Assembly: GCA_965655095.1 (NCBI GenBank)
Contig: OZ296649.1
Coordinates: 97,960,001 to 98,024,000, forward strand
Reading direction: 5' to 3'
Source of the DNA: Haplodiscus bocki
Lineage: Eukaryota
DNA length: 64,000 bases
The position numbers were made by a program, and so were the translations under genes. Of this stretch, positions 11,660 through 22,018 are shown piece by piece. Under the pieces are notes generated by a model. That model searched no databases and was not told where the DNA came from. It was given only the letters and a program-made list of their open reading frames with translations. Numbering within the stretch: position 1 is the first letter of the stretch; each line of letters opens with the position of its first letter.

Positions 11660-12403
11660 ATGAGCGGTCCTAACTCCGCATCAGGCAGTCAGCTTAGTGG
11701 CGGTTCGGCGACGGATGTTTTGAATGAGCTGAACAGCGAGTTCGTCAAGTCATGGTATGATGTGGCTTGGACAAACTTGAACCGTTCCAACGTCATGATG
11801 TATTTCACTCAACGCTCGAACCCATTTTATGACCGCAGATCCAACAATGAATTACTGCGCCATCCTCATAATAAATCAACTGAGCTTCTCAAAACTATGG
11901 TCGGATTGGAGTATGACTTGATATACGAAGAACCTCCTATATTATTTGTTGTTCAGAAAAGACGGAGACATTCGCAAACACATGTAACCCCTATTGCAAA
12001 CTATTACATAATAGCTGGTGTGGTTTACAGGGCGCCTGACTTGAGTCGAATCCTGAGTTCAAGAATCGCAACAGCTTGTGATTATCTCAACGAAGCTTTC
12101 CAAGACCTTTCGTCTTCTGTGGCTGAAGGCAATCAGTTTTCCGATGCAAACCAGGGCAAGCATAATCAGACATCTGTAGGTGGTATCAGGTCCATTTCGT
12201 CAGAGGTTGAAAAGATGGAAGAAAGAAGTCGCTTAATAACTTCGTTCCAAACATTCAGAGTTGATCATTTGCTGAATATTATGGCACAAACGTATACTCC
12301 TCCATCCAATGATGCAACCAAACAGGAGCCCAAAGAGCAAAGCGATCTCATGGGTCCGACTGAAAGTAAGAGAAGCCGAAGAGATTCGCCATCCAGAAGT
12401 TGA
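11660..12403 (+). CDS. MED6: Mediator complex subunit 6, intron-free CDS
   Basis: 247 aa with SWYD..W, NVMMYF..SNPFYDRRSNNE, MVGLEY...EPPILFVVQK and YYIIAGVVYRAPDL. An acceptor TCTTAACAG ends at 11640. Confidence 0.93.
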   Translation: MSGPNSASGSQLSGGSATDVLNELNSEFVKSWYDVAWTNLNRSNVMMYFTQRSNPFYDRRSNNELLRHPHNKSTELLKTMVGLEYDLIYEEPPILFVVQKRRRHSQTHVTPIANYYIIAGVVYRAPDLSRILSSRIATACDYLNEAFQDLSSSVAEGNQFSDANQGKHNQTSVGGIRSISSEVEKMEERSRLITSFQTFRVDHLLNIMAQTYTPPSNDATKQEPKEQSDLMGPTESKRSRRDSPSRS

Positions 12404-13069
12404 AGGGTGTGTGAATCCCCAAAATATCTTGCTTAGCGGTGGAAGATGTGAGATGAGAGCAGCTGTGGAGTTCAAGTATTCGAGGGTGAGAATTGTAAAC
12501 ACTTGATCGAATTTACCGAGTAAAGTCTATCATCGGCTGCTAATAATCCAACGGGAGTTAATGTAACAATGAACTAATTATTATTTCCGTAGTTGAATTT
12601 TTGATTCAGAAATTTTTTTAAAGTACCTTGAGCAGGAAGTATCTACAGTATCGGAAACTTGGCTTCTTGGATGTCATCATAAATTCTAGTGGATTGATCT
12701 AAACTTTTCGAAACGATATTTCGATACATTTGGCAGGTATTTAGCACTTAGAAAAGTTTTGTAATTTTCGGAATAGTTTGCATTGGTGCACAGAAAGAGT
12801 TTCGTCGGCTCTATTGAACGTACTCAATGCCCATAATACCCCCACCTTTGCTTATGCCGGAGAATTTTCGGAAGCTCAAATCCAGAGTCTCCGTGATACC
12901 CCATCATCATCATTTTCCCGAAAACATATCAAAAATTGCCTCAGTTACCCCCCGATTATCCGCCACTCAAAAATCCGCCTGTTTGCCAATATGCTTTTTG
13001 TTAGTAGTAAAAAAACCGCCAAACTCGATTATACGCCAACCTCGAGAAAATTTCGCTACTGACGTTCTA

Positions 13070-13107
13070 TTATTTAAAATAAGATATTTGAACTCAGGCC
13101 CACTGTG
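13070..13107 (-). mobile_element. Possible Transib-like terminus
   Basis: The minus strand begins CACAGTGGGCCTGAGTTCAAATATCTTATTTT. A degenerate direct copy of the subterminal part is at ~13351-13375. No partner TIR was found. Confidence 0.25.
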
Positions 13108-14523
13108 CCTCATTATCCCCCCTAAAATTCTAAGTGATTACCGACGGAAAATCGAGGTATTACCTAACTTCTAGAAAAGAAAAACAGAAGAATACTTCCA
13201 ATTTTTTACCGGATACAAAATTTTGTTGTCCACCCTAATGTCTGCTACTTGAAAATTTGGCGCTTTCACCAATTTACTACGCATGCTTTTTTCTGAGATA
13301 AATAATCGCCAAACTACAAATCGATGAGAATTGTGGCGCTTTATGGTTGAAAATAAGATAATCGAACTCGGGCCAAGCTTCGGTTAGCTATTGCCCTCGG
13401 GTATCTGCCCAAAAGTTTGCAAAAATGCTGGCTGAAAATCAAGTGATTGTTATACTTTTATTTGTGGCACCTATAAGTATTTTGGGCCTGACAGGCAGCG
13501 CCGGCTGCCATTCTTGGCTCGTAATTAATCGGCGCTTTATGTAATGCGCCCGAAGAAACATTTGCGCAGGCTCTTTGCAGCGATTTGATACTCAAAACTC
13601 ACTTGAAATCCATTCATTAGCAATAGCATGCAGTTATCACAGATGCAATAATGTCTGCCACCGTTCCACGATCGACAAGGCATCCGTCACCCACACCGGC
13701 AGAAATAACGAAGAAGTCAAAACTGAAGCTGCTTGCTGACTTTGGGATTGGGGACATTAACTATTCTCACGCATTGCAAAAAGATGGCTCCAGAATTGCT
13801 TGTGCTCTCGATTGCTACTTCGTACCTAGAAGGTTCAAACTTTTGCATATTCTGCGACGGTGGGTAGGGTCCTGTCCGGCCCCTCAAAACAGCTTACGGT
13901 GTATTAAAAAAGTCGCCCGATTTCGTTGTTCTCAAAAACTAAGCGTTCGTTTCGGCTTATTTTTTGCATGCGGGTCTGAATTGGCCGTGCGCGCAATTTC
14001 TGCTGGCTTTTTGACTCATTTTTGGGCAATTTTTCACGTAGAGACGGGCCATTTTTTACGTATTTTGAGCTGAAAACTCCAAAATGATGAATTTTTCTTT
14101 AGAGGTATGTGGCATAGCAACATGCTTCCAGTGACCTCAACGAAGCCCCAAACCCGATTCACGTAACTTTGTTCACGTTGTTATAAATGGATTTTTCCTG
14201 ACTTATCATGTTATACTAGATGAATTAAAGTAAAAGAATGTCGGAAAAGTCCGTGAAAAAAGTATTTTATGATCAAGTGGCCTATACTGCTCCACCGACG
14301 CCGTCCCTAGAGCTGTCCGTTACTACCGTCAGGTTTGTGATAAATCTTGAAGAAAACTTATTCAGACATATTTTATGGAATTTGAATATGTCAAAACTCG
14401 GTGAAGGTTGAATTTTTTCTTTGGCCCTGTTGACACGATTATAGCTGTGCTTTAGAGTCCGAGAGTACTCTCGCGTGAAGCAACCTGGATATGGAACTTG
14501 CGATGATCCCTAGATTTTTTAAA

Positions 14524-16085
14524 TTTTCCGCCGCATATGTAATATGAAAGAAAAATTAATCATTCAGTAGGGTCGTTTTTTTTCAGTCCAAAATTGCCAA
14601 CTCTTTTCACTCAAAAATGAATGACAGCAGTGGGGTTAGGACAACGTGGTTCTGAAGCGGTAGGTCCAGGGTTCTAGTCCTTATCCTGCGAAATATTTTT
14701 ACGATTTGGAATCCTGACACCCCCTACCTCCACCTTCTCATCCACAAATTTTGTCGATACCAGAAATTTTCTGAAACAGATTAGAAGGGTTCCTCTACGA
14801 AATTTTTCGGCACTGTGAGACAAAAGAATTTCGACGCAAAATCGCGACATAACTCTCTGAAGCTTAAAATAATTCGATACCCGAAATTAGTGACACACTG
14901 AAGGGTTCCCCTACGAAGTTTTTCGGTACTGTGAGACAAATTTTGTCAGAAAATCGTGATACTCCCTCCCTCCCCTCCCCCTCTCTTATCGATAAAATTT
15001 TTCGATACCAGAAACTTTGTGAAACACAGAAGGGTTCCCCTACGAAGTTTTTCGGTTCTGTGGGACAACAAATTTTCGACAGAAAATCGTGATATACCCC
15101 TCTTGTGCATAAATTTTTTCGATAGAAATTTTCTGGAACACTAAAGGGTTCTCCTACGAAAGTTTCGGTACTGTGAGACATAAAACAGTCTACTGAAAAT
15201 CGCGCTACCCCACCTGACTGGAAATCGTGATATCCTCCTCATGCAAAAAAACTTTTGATACCAGAAATTTTGTCCCATGCAAATTTGAGAAGGGTCCCTC
15301 ACGAAGTTTTTCGGTAAAAGGAGACAAAAAAAATTTCCGACGGAGAATCGTTATACTCCCCCCCCCTTATGCATAAAATTTTTCGATACCCCAAAGTTTC
15401 TGAAACACAGAAGGGTTCCCTCACGATATCTTTCGGCACTGTGAGACTTAAAATTTTCGAAGGAAACTCGTGATACCCCCTATTATACATAAAATTTTTC
15501 GATACCCCAATTTTTCTGAAACATTGAAAGGGTTCCCCACGAAATTTTTCGGTGCTGTGAGACAAAAAAATTCGCTCGAAAATCGTGATCCCCCCCCCTT
15601 TTTTTTATCCATAGTTTTTTCTATACATGAATTTTTCTGAAATAGAAAGGTTCCCGTCCGAAGTTTTTCGGTCCTGTCAGACAAAATTTTCGACGAAACC
15701 GTTATGCCCCCCTCCTGTGCATGGAAATTTCCGAAACCAGAATTTTTTTGACACACAAAAGGGTTCCCTCACGATATTTTTCGGCACTGTGAGACTAGAA
15801 ATGTTCGACGGAAAATAGTGATAACCCTTTCTTATGCATAAATTTCTCGATACCCGAAATTTTCTGAAACATTGAAGTGTTCCCCAACGAAGTTTTTTGG
15901 TACTGAGACGAAAAATTTTGAACGAAGTCTTGCATAAATTATGGAAATCAGTGGTGGAATTGATGTTAGTAGAAAACCTTCGAAAACTAGATTTTAAACT
16001 TTAGTCTCGTTTTTAACTATTTGCATGTTGATCAAAATTTATGTATTCGGGCGAAAAATATGACGGTGCTAGCCGGCCGTCTTGT
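14524..16085 (+). mobile_element. Non-autonomous Helentron-like element, family A, copy 2 (expanded)
   Basis: Same 5' end (TTTTCCGCCGCATATGTAATATG) and 3' end (GGGCGAAAAATATG...GCTAGCCGGCCGTCTTGT|TT) as copy 1. Confidence 0.8.
14750..15935 (+). repeat. Internal ~120-bp tandem minisatellite, ~10 units
   Basis: Recurring GATACC.GAAATTT...GAAGGGTTCCCCTACGAAGTTTTTCGG.ACTGTGAGAC...AAAATCGTGATA-C-rich tract, with starts near 14756, 14876, 15004, 15121, 15258, 15385, 15501, 15622, 15733 and 15849. Confidence 0.9.
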
Positions 16086-16604
16086 TTGACATACATTGGG
16101 GTTCAATACAAGCCATTCTTTTGGGAATTTCTCGAAAGGACTAAGGAAAAAAATTGTCAAAATGGAATACGCTACTTTGCTACAGTGTATTCATGGTAAG
16201 CTTGTGGTACAATTCAAAGGACGCACCAGACACAAGAGAAAGCATCGAAATATTTCACGGAAAGTTGGTTTTGATTCTCTCATAGTCTCCCAGAAGCCAA
16301 ATATCGTATGAAATTATTTCAAGAAACGCTTGAAACGGTACTTAAGTCATGTCTTTGTTTCTTAAAGACAAACACGGGACTTTTCGGCGAGTCCGTTCTC
16401 GTTTAACCATAAGGCAATGGGAACGGCGAACAATTGCCGAAGGCACAAAACAAAATGCTTTCGATTTTGTTGGCTTCGAAGACGTACAGATTTGGAACAT
16501 GGACGAGTTTCGACTGTCAAGCCGGTCACCACAGGTCATCGGACTAAGTCGGAGCGCAGCGTAGCAGAGCAAGTGCGAGGACGTACGGGCCGCAATACCA
16601 ATTG

Positions 16605-16725
16605 GACCACGGTCACCGACTGTAGGCGGGCAGGGCCCCCCACTTTCCCGCGTTTATATAGCTATACCTGCCGGAGGGGCCCTCACTGCCCGTAGAGTTT
16701 CTGGATCATTTTTTTGGCCGTGGTC
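16605..16725. promoter_or_regulatory. GC-rich nested inverted repeat with an E2F-like site and TATA box
   Basis: Arm pairs GACCACGGTCA/TGGCCGTGGTC, CGGGCAG/CTGCCCG and AGGGCCCC/GGGGCCCT surround the central palindrome TATAGCTATA (16657-16666). TTTCCCGC at 16644-16651 is followed by TTTATATAG. Confidence 0.5.
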
Positions 16726-17190
16726 ACTACGCTCTGAAGGACGAATCAGCTGAAATCCTTTTGGAAGACCCAAGAGGGTGTTTGGAAAAGAGGGAAATTC
16801 ATAAAATTCCTGAAATTGATGACGAAGGTGGCATGTGCCTTAATTGGTTCATTGATAGTTGCAATCACTCGGAGAGATAGAATTGTTTAATTTACTTCAA
16901 TTTTTCACTGCCAGTGCTGGCGCAGCATAGACGATGAACGACTGACTATTGTTATTTTTTTCCATGGATTGAAAAATTGTCTAACAATTGCTGTTTATCA
17001 TTGGTTGCCTCGCGTTACAATTCTAAGTTATTGACGAAGTTCATATAGAAAGTAAACACTATAACTGCGGCAGTTACTCTTTTCGATTACCTTTTCATTT
17101 CAATTGCTCAGGCTAACTAATTCCCAATTTTTAGAACTAAGATATGAGTTAAAATTTAGAAGTTGCTAACTGTAAAAGACAAATATTTAA

Positions 17191-17340
17191 ACAAGACGGC
17201 CGGTTAGCTACATCATATTTTTCGCCCGATCGCAGTGTTTAATGTAACTTTTACAATTTTCGAAAAAATAACAGTTGTGAGTTCAATCTTCAAAGGTTTT
17301 CCTCAAAATATCGTTTCCACCATTGCTTTCTGCTTATGTT
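17191..17340 (-). mobile_element. HINE family A 3' fragment (diverged)
   Basis: ACAAGACGGCCGGTTAGC...CATATTTTTCGCCC is the reverse complement of the family A 3' end; loose similarity extends to ~17340. Confidence 0.65.
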
Positions 17341-17468
17341 GGCATTATCAATTCATCAGGGCTCAGAAGCAAAGTACAAAAACCAAGATATTTTTCTGAA
17401 TCACCTGAAAATATGAAATGGTCTAGTGAGATCTTGATACTAAAAATGCAACCTGTAGTTTTGAAATT

Positions 17469-19070
17469 TTGAGTTTGACTAAAGTCACTACAAAGTGCTC
17501 TTGTTGCCGCTTTCGGTTTATGGGGTTTCCAATGCTGGAAATTTATCTTAATATGTTCATCGAGTACCTTTCTACATCGAGAGAAATGTTCACGGAGACC
17601 CTGATGGAAGAAGAGAAGTCGGTAGTTTTGGAGTTAAATCAGTTGGAACCTCAAGGAGAAGCACACGCATATAAAAATTTAATCAATTTCAGGCAATGAA
17701 AGTTTCATTGGAAACACAAACAATAGTTCACATTTGGAAACTGGTTACTGGTAATACGTTGTCGATTGACGTGATGAAGTGTAGACACTAGTTCTGGACC
17801 GAATTCAATTGATTTATAAAGAAGCATCATGCATCCATAAAAGTTCTGCGATTTCGGCCTTAAAAAGTGCCGTTACAGGATGAAAACGCAGGGTGTGCAC
17901 TTCGAATTAGTTTTCACAAAAACCGCTGTTGAAACATTGATGGAAGAAATGCAGCAAAAATTTGGTATTCAGTTTTAAAGTTCGGGAAAAAAACTCTACT
18001 TTTCGACCAAATCGGTCCATGGAGTATCCGATGCCAGGAACCTATCCCGGAATAAAAGTATAATGATTTTCTCAATAGAAGCCCAATAGAGACGGTGATT
18101 GATGTTGAGGGTTGTTTTGAAGAAGGTTCAGTTTGGGTATCAAATTTAGGCAATTTCAGTTTATCACCCTTCTTTTGGCAAGAAACCAGGTGCCACAACT
18201 GACGAGTGACTTTGCCAGGAGAAAAAGTCGACCTCAATTATACTGGAAGAAACACAGCCTTTAATCTCATTGAGAAATCAATTCGATTCCGGGAAAATTT
18301 ACTAACTTTGCACTTTGACTATCCTGTTTTGGTGCATTTTTTATCCGAAGCAGGAATTTTTTCACCAGCTATATTTCCTGAATGTTGTCCTTTAACTACG
18401 CAACTGTCGCATGAGAACGTTACTCCAAAAATCCAAGCGGATGTTTCGAGGAAAATAGCTATCAGAATGTCATTTCGGAACCATACGAACTTTCAATTTT
18501 AGGCAAATTGCGCCTGCTAGCTTTCCGTTGTTAAAAAAGCACAACATCCGACATTCGAGTAGCCGTTTTCAAGTTAAAAGCTGTTGGTTGACACGATGGA
18601 ACAAAAGCAACTGTTAGTTTTGGAGAAATGTCGGTTTCATTTTCGGGAAAGTCAATGAAAGGGACTTCTTGACCATTGTCCATGAAATTGCGATGCGAGT
18701 ACATGAAACTGATGAAAGTGAGAAAATTTAACTCAATGATTTTCTGGCAGTAGGAAATTTTATCGAGACTTGAAGGCAAGAAGTCCAGCTGGAATTTCTT
18801 GGAAGAAAATGATATCGAATCAAAAAACCCACGGGATTAGAAAAAGGTTGGCAATTTTGATTTTGACTTCAGAGGTCTCTGCTGCAAGGAAGGAATTACT
18901 CTACGTTTTAGTTGAACAACTGATAACAAGTAAAAAACATTGGCCGATTGATCCCGTGATTCAGAAAGCCCTGCCGAATATTTTGGAAGAATGCAGGTTT
19001 GAATTTCTGGAAAAACCTTTCTTTTGCGCTTTTCTGCTACTTAGGTCTATTAATATTTCCATTGGGTAAA
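17469..19070 (+). pseudogene. Decayed LRR-protein gene
   Basis: Broken frames with LRR-like segments VVLELNQLEPQGEAHAYKNLINFRQ, TLVLDRIQL, NLGNFSLS and FCAFLLLRSINIS. Boundaries are approximate. Confidence 0.35.
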
Positions 19071-20198
19071 AATTTTCCTGTTGTTTTGACGTTTTTCGGA
19101 GGTGATAGTGCCATTAGTGACCGTGATGGAAAAATTTCAGCCGGTGGTTTTAGAGGCAAGTGGTTTTGTGTATCGAAAACAGTAAAAGTATGTTTTTCTG
19201 GATCACCCTGCTCCGACTGTTGAATTTTTCGATCAACGTGTTGGGAGAAAATTGTTCGCGGTTTAGTTTTTTGTCTGTGAGAGCTCTAGTTTACAACAAT
19301 GAACTACTACTGGGAAAAGAACTTCAGGAAAAAGTGAGAATTGTTAAGAAACAGAAGCTAATTTGCCAATTTGTCAAGAAACGTGAAAGTTTTTCGAGAA
19401 GAAAACACTATTGACCAAGAGTTTCCTGACTGTTCATGAAAAATTCCTTGAACAAAAAGTAGGCTTCTGACGCGATACAAACCCTCTGCCTTAGGGTTTC
19501 TTGTTTGCAGCACCAGGGATTATTTGTTTTATACAAGACAAAATATGCAACACGAAGTCTGCGTGGCATTCGCAATTTCTGGGAAAGGAAAATTCACTTC
19601 TGAAATGAACAATTTCAGTTTTTTCAACGGAACCTTAAAAAGTTGGCAGGAAAAATTTTTTGACAGGATTATTAACGAATAAATTTTGAAAAACGTAATG
19701 AAAAAAAAGGAAAATCGTCATGATTCGACGCAGTACACTGTGGCGACGGGAATTCTGCCTCAAACGGATTTCAGTGGGACCGAAAAAATGGGAAGGCTGA
19801 GATTCCAACCTGGACCTACTGGTTAGCAAGGATTTGTACTAACCCCATTGCCGTGATACAAATAAATCACTTATGACTTGGCAAAAACACTGAAAAACCG
19901 ACGGAAAAACCGACCCTATCGACGGTAACTTATTTTTTCAAATCTGGAAAGATGTAGCTAAAAGTAGGAAAACGGCGAGTACTGTGAATCCACTATTAAC
20001 ATTCTCAACAAAAATGTGTGAGAACGAAAACGAAGAATACATTGTCAGTTTCATATAAAGGGAGTCGCCACATAGTGCACGGTACGTAAAAGCCTATGCG
20101 ACACTAAAATTGGCATCTTCTGGTATCTCAGATGTTGGCAAAAGAACGGTGATAGCTTTGATCCCAAGTTAATCCTCACGTTTTTCCTGATATCTCGT

Positions 20199-20396
20199 CT
20201 AACCAATGGTTAAAAATTCCAGACTACTAGACATGCTGTGCTTATCGAACACTACAGTACTGTCTGGAAAGATTCGGACTTTCATTGTAACATCCAAAAC
20301 GATAAATATTGACGGTAGGACGATCTAATTTCCAGACCGGACATTACTGAACCGGACAATCCTGCCTCACTTGCTTGTTAATTGACCACTGGTTAG
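20199..20396. mobile_element. Candidate ~200-bp MITE
   Basis: Terminal inverted repeats CTAACCAATGGTTAA / TTGACCACTGGTTAG (13/15 match); internal TTCCAGAC/GTCTGGAA inverted pair and repeated CCGGACA. Confidence 0.4.
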
Positions 20397-21580
20397 TTAC
20401 ATAAACCACTTGTGCCAGTTAGAAAGATACGTTTGCTAATCTTGAATGTACATTTTGTACCACCAGCTTTTTGCTTTGGTGATTTTCCGAAATGATAATT
20501 TGAAATGGATATATCTAGCCCATTTTTATCATGTTTATGGAGCTTCCGACGTTTTGCTGTTCGAATCATCTATATCTATGGAAAATTGGCACAATCCGGG
20601 ACAAGAAGGTTTTGAATGTTCCAAGGAAACGGCATTTTGGTGTGCCAAACTAAGGAAAAAGTAGCAACTCTTGTGATTCTTCCAACATTTGCTAACCTTC
20701 GTCCGCCACAGCAATTTTAGCGACTAATCAAAACGAAGGCGTTACGGCGGCACAACTGTAGCAAAATGCAGCGGAAAATTTCCATACTGAGGCTTTTCGT
20801 TCGATTAAGTCAGAAGGAGAAACATTCTTTTCCGACTTTTTTCGGATTCTTGCTTTTGCCATCTGGCTCTGTTTTGTAACTACAGGTGCATAGAAGAAGT
20901 GCCAAAAAATAGCAAGGCCACCTTGAAGGAAGACGACCTTTTTCTCCTGAAAAAATCATTTAGTGTCTATTAGTCAACAAAGCAAAAACTGCAATACTCG
21001 CGACCTCGACGAAATATTTTGAGTATTTTGAGTTTTCAAAACCTTTTTGGCAGCAAACAAGCAGCTCATTTTGATAAAAAGAAACCAAAGGCGAATGTAG
21101 TGCATCTTTTGGAATCGCACAAAACGGAGTTTTTAGGTTTTTTCAGTTTTAAAATGTTTACAACAAGTGTGATTTTGAGTTTTTAGGGGTTTCTCAGCTC
21201 TTCTGTCTTCCCAATCGTCTTTTGTATTCCATCTTCATTGGAAAACAACACCGCTATATGTGTTTGCATTCTCTCAAATAGGAACTGGCTCTGGAACTAC
21301 CTATTTGAGAGGCCCCAAAAGGCAGGTTGGGCAATTTGTCAGACACTTCCTCTTTTGCTTTCAGTTTTAGCATCAGGTGCCACAAGTAGGCTGAAAATGC
21401 GATACCTGTGAAAAATTTCAGCAACATTTGCCTAAGGCTTTAATCTGGTTATGTTGGGTACCCTTGGATCCAAGAGCAAGTCTTTTCGCGCGATTAGCTG
21501 CTACTGTTTCGTGCCTCAAAATTATGGCTTTTTGTTCTTGCGCCTCAATATAAAGAGGCCCACCAGGGGCCTATTCTGTT

Positions 21581-22018
21581 AAAAAGAACCGGGCTACGGA
21601 GTTTTTTTGCTTCACACTCAAAAACAATTTGAGAAGATGAAATGATACTTTCAAATGAAAAGTTTGCGATTTTTATGCAGAAAAACACAAATTAGGTTGA
21701 GAAAAGCTCCAATATTTATTCTCGTTTGATACGCTTTCTACGGCAAAGTTGTCACTTTTACCGATTTTCAACTTCAACTTCTTTTCCATAAAAACTTAAT
21801 TCCTTCTCAAAAAAACACAAATTTCGTACAAATTTCTTGAAATTCACTAAGTCAGTTGCATTCTATGACAAATTTGCTCCAAATTGTCTTTAACAGTTTT
21901 CAAATTCTCAACTGAATATTCCGTCAGATGGTTTCAAAGGGCAGGTAAACAGAAAAAGGGTGGCCGTTGAGTGGTCGTTTTTCCTTCCGGAATGGAAATG
22001 GAAAAATGGGGGGAGAAG
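21581..22018 (-). mobile_element. Non-autonomous Helentron-like element, family B, diverged; forms the left anchor of the macrosatellite
   Basis: Colinear with the reverse complement of 56414-56934 (CATTCTATGACAAATTTGCT...GCCGTTGAGTGG..TTTT.CTTCC...ATGG.G). The 3' end is degenerate (AAAAAGAACCGGGCTA vs ACAAGACGCCCGGCTA). Confidence 0.55.

Larger units (their letters stand above)
14290..16345 (+). pseudogene. Degenerate unknown ORF interrupted by HINE-A copy 2
   Basis: Coding-like frames occur on both sides of the insertion: STDAVPRAVRYYRQVCDK...EATWIWNLR (14290-14520) and DIHWGSIQAILLGISRKD.GKKLSKWNTLLCYSVFMVSLWYNSKDAPDTRESIEIFHGKLVLIL (16087-16280). No family recognised. Confidence 0.3.

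Noticed and set aside
13651-14073. 140-aa ORF
   Set aside because: No recognisable domain; the 3' half runs into T-rich repeat-like sequence.
14750-15935. CRISPR-like or RAG RSS-like array (CACAGTG on the minus strand in several units)
   Set aside because: Whole ~120-bp units are repeated with no unique spacers or cas genes, and no nonamer follows the heptamer at a 12-nt spacing. It is a TE-internal minisatellite.
17460-19500. Polinton/Maverick capsid or polymerase remnant
   Set aside because: The manual translations I made showed no capsid, pPolB, ATPase or integrase motif; LRR-like fragments fit better.
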